The position numbers and the translations under genes were made by a program. A stretch of DNA of 29,682 bases from a virus (Duplodnaviria; Caudoviricetes): positions 1 through 29,682 of IMG/VR virus record IMGVR_UViG_3300030330_001561. One strand, written 5' to 3'. This document shows, piece after piece, positions 23,410-29,682 of the stretch. The notes under the pieces were generated by a model. That model was not told where the DNA came from, did not search any database, and saw nothing but the letters and a program-made list of their open reading frames with translations. Position 1 is the first letter of the stretch. Each line of letters opens with the position of its first letter.

Positions 23410-25428
23410 TTAGGAAGCAGCCGTCTTGAGGGCAACGATAGCACCGGCGGCGCTGCTGTCACCAACATCGTGGCAGTTGATGTCAAAGCGAGTCGTACCA
23501 CGAACACCGATTTGATCGGACTCGAAGTAGCGATCTTCGCTCACGGCAATCTCGGTAGGCCGACGGTCGCCCATCGTGGTTCCGAGTTCGAGTGCGCCGA
23601 AGTAAGCACACAGTTGGGAGTTGGCTTCAGTCTTAGGCAAGACATCAGCAAGCACGACTTCGTAGCCGAACAAGGAAGGCACAGCCACGCCACCAGCGAG
23701 GGTGAGGTTGGTGTTGCCGCCAGCGTCAGCGAGAAGATCCAGAACCACGGTGTGGTAGAACTGGGTGGACATGTACCACTTTGGAGTGCCTTGCGAGAAG
23801 ACGTACTCAGGGGCCAGACCAACAGTGCCGGTGAAGTCAGCAAGAGTCAACTCAGAGTATGCGTTGCCGGAGCCGGTCTTTTGACCAGCGGAGCCAACAG
23901 CGTTCTTGAGTCCGACGATGCCGCCGTTGCCAGAACCACCATCACCGTTGAAGCCTGCTTCGTCTTCTGCGTTGGCAAAAGCACGAGCCACTTCGCCAGC
24001 CAGGAAGTCGCCAAGATTCACAACTGAATCTTCTGCCAACTCGCGGCTGTATCGGGTGAGGGTGGAAGCCTTACGGGCAACCAAGGACACTTGATCGAAC
24101 GAAGCATCGGTCTCGGTGATCGAGGAACCTTCACCAACGAACGAAGCGGTCAGACCGCCAGCGATTCGGTTGATCAGCAAGGTGTCTCGGCTCATGTTCA
24201 AGACGCGGGTGTTCGCACGGAACTTGCCGAACTTGGCACGCAAGTCGATGATTGCTTGCTCGAGTTCGTCAGGAACCAAGAAGCCACCGAGTGAGTTGTT
24301 GCCTTCGCCGTGGGCTTTGATGCCGTAGCGGTCAGACACCCACTGTTGAGCAGACTTGTTGCCCATCGAACCCAAGAAGAACTGACCGATACCGTGTGCG
24401 GTTTCAGCGTCCTTCAAGTGCTTCAGATTGCCAGTGGCACTTGGAGCGGTCACTACAGGCGTAGCAGCGGCAACACGACGGCGACCTTCTGCGGCTTGCT
24501 TCTTGACCAGATCAGCGACAAGAGCGACAGCGGACTTGGCAGCCTTGTCTTCTTCCTTGTCTTCATCCATTTTGGTTGAAGCCTTCTCGACTTCTTCCTC
24601 AACCTCAGCACGCACAGCGTCGGCCTCGTCCTCCATTTGCATGGCAGCCACGAGTTCGGCGATGGTCATGTCTGGCTTGAGGTCAACCATCATTTTCTTT
24701 CGGATATCTTCCGACATGGGTAAACCTTTCATTTCAGATTCAATAGAACTTCGCTCTGGCTGAGTCGCCGATGCCTGCTCTGCTTCTCCAACTGCCTGCC
24801 GACAGTTGACGCTCTCAGGGTTCTCGCACGATGCCTGCGAACAATTACATACATCGGCTACGTCGCCGGTGTCATTGAGTTGCTTGGTGACTTGTACGGC
24901 AATGGCGTCTTCGTTCATGGGCAAGGGCGCAACGCTGTACTCCAGCATGCGTGACTTGCTCACGATTCGCTTGATGTCATCACGACCGTATCGGTCAAAG
25001 TCTTTCTTGGTGGGCTGGCGTACTTGGGTGTACGCAAAGCCGATGCTGAACGCCTTCACAATCGGCGGATCGGAGGCGAACATGGCGAACACCTCATCAG
25101 GCAGCCACTTGCCTTCGTAGCCTTCAGGCCGTTCAGGAAACTGCGTGACCGCCATGATGCCACGATCAGTGTGCTTGATGCTGGTGCAGACGCCGCACGG
25201 TGCTGCGTAGTCGTGGTTATAGAACACCGTGCCAGTCTTTTTGAAGCGTGAGAAGTCGATGCCCTCAGGCACGACCACTTCGCCTTCTTCGTCCACGCGA
25301 TCCGTGGTGATGTACGCAAGCACGCTGCGCTTGGGTTGGTCAATCTCGATGTTCTTGATCGACAGTTCACGCCAGACGGTTGGCACGTCAGACTTCAACC
25401 CGTATTCGGTTGGGTTCAGTTCATTCAT
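23410..25428 (-). CDS. Prohead protease fused to HK97-fold major capsid protein
   Basis: Protease motifs DEEGEVV, FYNHD, AFSIGF, LEYSVAPLPMN; capsid motifs GGFLVPDEL, SRELAEDS, EDEAGFNGDG, LFGYEV, FESDQIGVRGTTRFD. Confidence 0.92.
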   Translation of the reverse strand: MNELNPTEYGLKSDVPTVWRELSIKNIEIDQPKRSVLAYITTDRVDEEGEVVVPEGIDFSRFKKTGTVFYNHDYAAPCGVCTSIKHTDRGIMAVTQFPERPEGYEGKWLPDEVFAMFASDPPIVKAFSIGFAYTQVRQPTKKDFDRYGRDDIKRIVSKSRMLEYSVAPLPMNEDAIAVQVTKQLNDTGDVADVCNCSQASCENPESVNCRQAVGEAEQASATQPERSSIESEMKGLPMSEDIRKKMMVDLKPDMTIAELVAAMQMEDEADAVRAEVEEEVEKASTKMDEDKEEDKAAKSAVALVADLVKKQAAEGRRRVAAATPVVTAPSATGNLKHLKDAETAHGIGQFFLGSMGNKSAQQWVSDRYGIKAHGEGNNSLGGFLVPDELEQAIIDLRAKFGKFRANTRVLNMSRDTLLINRIAGGLTASFVGEGSSITETDASFDQVSLVARKASTLTRYSRELAEDSVVNLGDFLAGEVARAFANAEDEAGFNGDGGSGNGGIVGLKNAVGSAGQKTGSGNAYSELTLADFTGTVGLAPEYVFSQGTPKWYMSTQFYHTVVLDLLADAGGNTNLTLAGGVAVPSLFGYEVVLADVLPKTEANSQLCAYFGALELGTTMGDRRPTEIAVSEDRYFESDQIGVRGTTRFDINCHDVGDSSAAGAIVALKTAAS

Positions 25429-28400
25429 CAGTCAGAATCTCCAAGCACGGGGATGATGTCGCACCGGCAGTTGGGGTGAAGTGGCGCACCTTGCACATCG
25501 CCATATCGGACGGAATAGGTGCCGCCTCCAGCCGAGATGGTGTCACCGTTCTTCCAGAAGGGTTCATTGAGGCCGAAGACCTTGGCTGTACCTTTCACGG
25601 CGGTCTGTTGGCAGAACGGGCAAGCACCTGCGGCGAGTTGCCACTGCTTGCCACGCACCACACCAGACTCCTCCCACCCAAGTCGCTCGCCTTCGACAAA
25701 CGCACGGGCAGTCTCGGTGCGTGCCACCACGGTCGCCCGCTCAGGGCTGAAGGCGTAGTCTTGGCTGATCTGATCAGCAATCTCTTGAACGCTACGTCGC
25801 TCCTCAAGGCCGCGAGCGATGATGGTTCGCGCTCGACGCAGGGACGCCGCCGATGCTTCAGATGCAAATTGGTCAGAGTACGTCGCTGCAAACTCTGCGA
25901 CTTTTGGGTTCTCTACGTCAAACGATCCAGCGACGCCGACCTCGTTTGTGCCGAAGGTACTACCCGATGCGGTTGCCTCAGCCATCGGACCAGCCACAGC
26001 CTCTTGATAGCGTATCTCAAACGCACCAAGAGAGGTCAGAAGGCTCAACAGGTCAGATGGTCCGAACTGCTTCTTGCCGCCCTTCTCGCCCAGCAGTGCG
26101 TTGATGATCTCGCGCTTCTGGTCTTCAAGCACTCGCACCAAGTTGGTCTGGATACGGCGTGCCGGGTTGGCTGGTTCGCCTGCACGGATGTCTTCGCTTG
26201 CTGGTTCTGGCTCGTAGTCTTCAACGTCTTCAATAGCCTTTCGGGCTTCCTTGGTGCGTTCCGGCCAGTCTTCCTTGCTTGGTCCGTCGAACGCCTTCTT
26301 CTGCATTTCCGGCTCCATGCCGGTGAGGAAGGCAACCGCACGCTTGGTGGCTGTGCCGCACTGACGGTACGCAATAGCAACCGCTTGGTCACGCTCATAG
26401 CCCTCAGCCATCAGCACCTCGATGCCGCGTGCCACGCAGTTGTCAAGGCTCTCACCTTCTCTCCGCGCCACCTTCTCTCCGCGTTCGTCTTCTGCGTCCA
26501 TGCGGTCACGAATCGAGTTGGCCCATCGTTGCCCGGCATCGCCGCCCCAAAGCGCCCACGCAATGCGACCGGCAGACGGGTAGCCGTCCTCACCACGCTC
26601 GAAGCCTTCTGCTTCTTTGTCAACCTCGTGTCGTGTGAAGAAGTTGACCATACGGCGGATCGTCTCAGGCGAGACAGACACGCCGTTGCTGAGGTCACGC
26701 GCACGGGCCACGCCGACCTCAGTACCACCGCGTCCATGCTCGGCTCGCCAGTCAAGACCACGCTGTGCTTCTTCCTGAACGTCAGCAGGCGGTGTGAAGT
26801 CGATGTCTTCGTACTTCTTCTGCTGATCCTTGATGGCTGCTTCATAGTCACGATGCGACGAGCATGGCATGTAGATCACGCCGTCAAAGCCATACGCATC
26901 GCCGGGGTGTTCGTGGATGCCATCACAGCCAAGCACCTCGGCACGGCTCTCGGCTTCCTCTGGCGTGGTGTATACGTCAGGGAAGTTCTCAAGTGCAGCC
27001 TTCTCGCTGGTGTCTTGCGTATACGCATCGTGCGAAGAGCAAGGCATATAGATCAAACCATCGTGACCAAATGGTTCACCCGGAGCGGTGTGGATACCGT
27101 CACAGCCAAGTTCTTCTGCCCTACGTTCGGCCTCTTCTCTTGTTGTGAAGTAGTCTTTGTATTCGGAGAGTTCGGCCTTTGCTCCGCCTTGGCTCTTGCT
27201 AGACAGAGGGTGGCTTTCGGGTAGCAGGTCAGTGTCGTATGGCTTGCGCTTGAACTTGCCGGTTTTGAGTGCGTGCAAGAAGCCGTTGACGCGAGCGTAT
27301 GCCCACTGCTCAGCACCAGCCACGGTGGGCCGCACTGACGATGGGTTCTGACGGTAAGCACCAATGCCACGCTCGAAGACAGCAACCAACGTGCGGGTTG
27401 TGGTTCGCTTGCTCTTGGCATCGCCCACTTCTTCGTTGTGTTCTTCGGCTTTCTCTTTCAGCGTCTCACGCACCTGCTCGCTGACTGCCTTGATGCCCTT
27501 AGTGACTTGTGGCTCGTCGGTTGGTGTCAATCGTGAGACTTGCACGGGTGCGTCACGGTCAGACGGTGTGAACGTGCCGTCCTCGTTGCGGATGTAAACC
27601 TGCACAAAGGCAATTGGATCTTCTGCTGTGGCTTCACCGTCGCCAACCGTACCCGGCTCAGTGCCGGATTCCTTGAAGCGTCGGATCTTGCCCAGATACT
27701 TTCCCTTTTCAGTCCTCCACTCCACCCAAGAGCCAACGCGGACTTCGCTGCGGGTTGCCTTCTGGTTCTCTTCTTCCTCTTCTTTGCCGTATGCCAAAGC
27801 ACCCAAAGGCGGCAACGCTGGCTGCCCAAGAACGTCAAGCGGTATGCCGTTGACGCGCAGTTCGTCGCCATCGTCCGCAGGATCTAGACCAAGTTCGGCA
27901 CGGGCTTCGTTGATCGTGCGGATACCCGAAGCAACCTGCGATTGCATGATGCCGGATATCAGTTGCTCGTCTTCTTGCACCGGGTTGTCGTAGGCCAAGA
28001 ACAAACCGTCAGCCAGTCCACCGAAGAGCGGCAGCAGAGATTGGTTCAGGAACTCAGCGTCAGCCACCAGATACGGGTGGATCGTGTCACGCATGTACGA
28101 CGCAAAGCCGACTTGTGCCGATGCAAGGTTCGGATCGTTGGCCTTGAGCAAGGTGACAGGCACGCCCGACACGGCAGCGATCACTTCAACTTTGCGGTTC
28201 TCGCCTTCGCTGAACGACAAGTCACGCGGGCTGAACTGCAACGGGCGTGCGTCTGACCCACCCTCGAAGATGTAAGGCCGACCACTGTTGCGGTTGCCTC
28301 GCAGGTTCTGATCGAGGTACGCAATCATGCGGTTCCACTGCGTCTCGTTCAGTGTCTCTTTCAGGAAGATGCCCCAGTCAGGACGGGCTTGGTTTTGGAA

Positions 28401-29135
28401 CAGGTGCTTCTCGTACCCGTCCATTGACTGCAACAAGCCAGCGGCGTCAGATGCAGCGGCAACCCAGCCACGACCGTACAGCGGGTCGTTCGGGTCAGGC
28501 ACGCGGTTGTGTAGCACTTCGTCAGGTGCAAAGAAGGCGTTGTCAGGCTGCTGCCCGTACTCGTAGCCCTCGATCAGTCGCTCGTCACGGGTTGGCTTGA
28601 TCTTGACGTATTGCGACGGCATCACCCAGATTTCGACCGGGTAGCCCATCGGCCCCATGATCGGGTGCAGGTACTCGTTGCCAGTCACCTGCAAGAACGT
28701 CTTGCGAAGAATGTTGAAGTTGTACCCGTCGTAGAACGGTGACACCTTGTTCAGCAAGTCAAGGATCGGGTGGTCATAGATTTCAACAACGTCACCGCCG
28801 GTGTTCGATCCGAGCATGGCAGACTTCGCCGGACGCATGGAGCCGTCGCCCTTGAGATACCGCTGCACGCTCTTGCTGACCGACTTGGTTGGGAACTGCT
28901 TTGTGCCGCGTGCCTCAACAGACGCATACAGGCGCAAAGGCTGTGCGGCGATGCTGCGTGCGTTCATCATCACAGCGGCGTAGACATAGCCGGTCATCAG
29001 ACGCAGAGCAGCAGCCTGCTCTTGCGTGGAGCGGGTCATGCCATATGTAGCCTCAGGCTTGATCGTGGAGCGGACGTAATCAAGGCGGTCTTGCTTTGCC
29101 TTGAACCCAAAAGCGGACTTCAACCCATCAAGCAT
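25428..29135 (-). CDS. Portal protein fused to several small domains and a C-terminal Mu gpF/SPP1 gp7-like head morphogenesis domain
   Basis: Portal VYAAV...IAAQPLRLY, LQVTGNEY, DPLYGRG, IAAVSGVP, RTINEARAELGL; C-terminal VARTET...KQW...ACPFC...PLHPNCRC. Start placed at ATG 29135 (TAATG coupling to terL). Confidence 0.9.
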   Translation of the reverse strand: MLDGLKSAFGFKAKQDRLDYVRSTIKPEATYGMTRSTQEQAAALRLMTGYVYAAVMMNARSIAAQPLRLYASVEARGTKQFPTKSVSKSVQRYLKGDGSMRPAKSAMLGSNTGGDVVEIYDHPILDLLNKVSPFYDGYNFNILRKTFLQVTGNEYLHPIMGPMGYPVEIWVMPSQYVKIKPTRDERLIEGYEYGQQPDNAFFAPDEVLHNRVPDPNDPLYGRGWVAAASDAAGLLQSMDGYEKHLFQNQARPDWGIFLKETLNETQWNRMIAYLDQNLRGNRNSGRPYIFEGGSDARPLQFSPRDLSFSEGENRKVEVIAAVSGVPVTLLKANDPNLASAQVGFASYMRDTIHPYLVADAEFLNQSLLPLFGGLADGLFLAYDNPVQEDEQLISGIMQSQVASGIRTINEARAELGLDPADDGDELRVNGIPLDVLGQPALPPLGALAYGKEEEEENQKATRSEVRVGSWVEWRTEKGKYLGKIRRFKESGTEPGTVGDGEATAEDPIAFVQVYIRNEDGTFTPSDRDAPVQVSRLTPTDEPQVTKGIKAVSEQVRETLKEKAEEHNEEVGDAKSKRTTTRTLVAVFERGIGAYRQNPSSVRPTVAGAEQWAYARVNGFLHALKTGKFKRKPYDTDLLPESHPLSSKSQGGAKAELSEYKDYFTTREEAERRAEELGCDGIHTAPGEPFGHDGLIYMPCSSHDAYTQDTSEKAALENFPDVYTTPEEAESRAEVLGCDGIHEHPGDAYGFDGVIYMPCSSHRDYEAAIKDQQKKYEDIDFTPPADVQEEAQRGLDWRAEHGRGGTEVGVARARDLSNGVSVSPETIRRMVNFFTRHEVDKEAEGFERGEDGYPSAGRIAWALWGGDAGQRWANSIRDRMDAEDERGEKVARREGESLDNCVARGIEVLMAEGYERDQAVAIAYRQCGTATKRAVAFLTGMEPEMQKKAFDGPSKEDWPERTKEARKAIEDVEDYEPEPASEDIRAGEPANPARRIQTNLVRVLEDQKREIINALLGEKGGKKQFGPSDLLSLLTSLGAFEIRYQEAVAGPMAEATASGSTFGTNEVGVAGSFDVENPKVAEFAATYSDQFASEASAASLRRARTIIARGLEERRSVQEIADQISQDYAFSPERATVVARTETARAFVEGERLGWEESGVVRGKQWQLAAGACPFCQQTAVKGTAKVFGLNEPFWKNGDTISAGGGTYSVRYGDVQGAPLHPNCRCDIIPVLGDSD
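26844..27149 (-). repeat. Tandem duplicated ~43-aa Cys/His domain (DUF3721-like) within the portal fusion
   Basis: FTTREEAERRAEELGCDGIHT..YMPCSSHDAY (27021-27149) and YTTPEEAESRAEVLGCDGIHE..YMPCSSHRDY (26844-26972), 177 nt apart. Confidence 0.9.
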
Positions 29136-29682
29136 TACAGCGATCTCCACATGCGGTCATCGTTGGCAAACCTATCTCCAGTTGCGGCCCTATCCGCCAC
29201 ACGCACTCGCGGCTCGACACGGCTGCCATCGAAATGAACCACGGCATATCGCAACGCATCCATTGCGTGATCCATCTCTTTCTTCGGTGCATCCTTGTAT
29301 CCACTTGAGCCACCAAGCCACTCGTAGGATTCAAACTCACGGATGGTGTTCTCGCACTTCGGGTCAACCGTCAATCGTGGCTGACCGTCGCCAGCACGGG
29401 CAAGACGCTGCTGCACCTTCTGGATTCCCGGAAAGACCGTGTTGTCAGCCGATGCCACATCGAGGTTGGACTGGTGCATTGCCGCCTTCAGTTTGGCGGC
29501 TGACGGATCAAGCACGAATGACTCGATCTTGTACCGGCTTGCGATGTCCTTGGCGGTTGCGATCACATCCACTTCAAGCATCTGCGACTTGTAGAACTCC
29601 TCGATGATGTGCAATCGACCGTCGCCATCTTCGCCCACAACCAGAAGTGCCGCCGGGTTGGTGTACCCTTCGTCTTGGCCCA
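29135..29682 (-). CDS. terL: Terminase large subunit, C-terminal nuclease part (continuation of 1-834)
   Basis: LHIIEEFY, DPSAA, ADNTVFPGI, CENTIREFESYEW, DHAMDALRY. Confidence 0.95.
   Translation of the reverse strand, partial: GQDEGYTNPAALLVVGEDGDGRLHIIEEFYKSQMLEVDVIATAKDIASRYKIESFVLDPSAAKLKAAMHQSNLDVASADNTVFPGIQKVQQRLARAGDGQPRLTVDPKCENTIREFESYEWLGGSSGYKDAPKKEMDHAMDALRYAVVHFDGSRVEPRVRVADRAATGDRFANDDRMWRSL
29585..29682. repeat. Terminal direct repeat, copy 2
   Basis: Identical to bases 1-98. Confidence 0.97.

Noticed and set aside
26844-27149. Diversity-generating retroelement TR/VR pair
   Set aside because: No reverse transcriptase; differences are not adenine-specific, and both copies are in-frame protein domains.
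25380-27224. 614-aa plus-strand ORF
   Set aside because: Antisense shadow of the portal fusion; no motifs, and long antisense frames are expected in GC-rich coding DNA.

Overview
This window is an apparently complete, circularly assembled dsDNA tailed-phage genome of about 29,584 bp. Bases 1-98 are repeated exactly at 29585-29682, and the terminase large-subunit gene reads through that junction. It looks like a small siphovirus with an HK97-fold head. All credible genes lie on the minus strand except one (13404-13742). Reading the minus strand from about 13.3 kb, the order is: early and replication genes (i-type-like lysozyme, ERF, SSB, PAPS-reductase family, DUF1376/YdaU-like initiator, metallophosphoesterase, Holliday junction resolvase); small membrane and lysis genes; an adhesin-like block with a PEP-CTERM-like protein; a ParB-methyltransferase; TerS and TerL; a ~1235-aa multidomain portal fusion; a protease-capsid fusion; then neck and tail genes. 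No integrase, DNA polymerase, helicase, tRNA or CRISPR array was recognised. The most unusual features are the portal polyprotein, the invertebrate-type lysozyme in the early region, the PEP-CTERM-like tail, an odd membrane-protein cassette and a repeated GGAACTGA motif before early genes. A PVC-group host (Planctomycetota-like) is inferred only. All family assignments come from motif recognition by eye, not from database searches.
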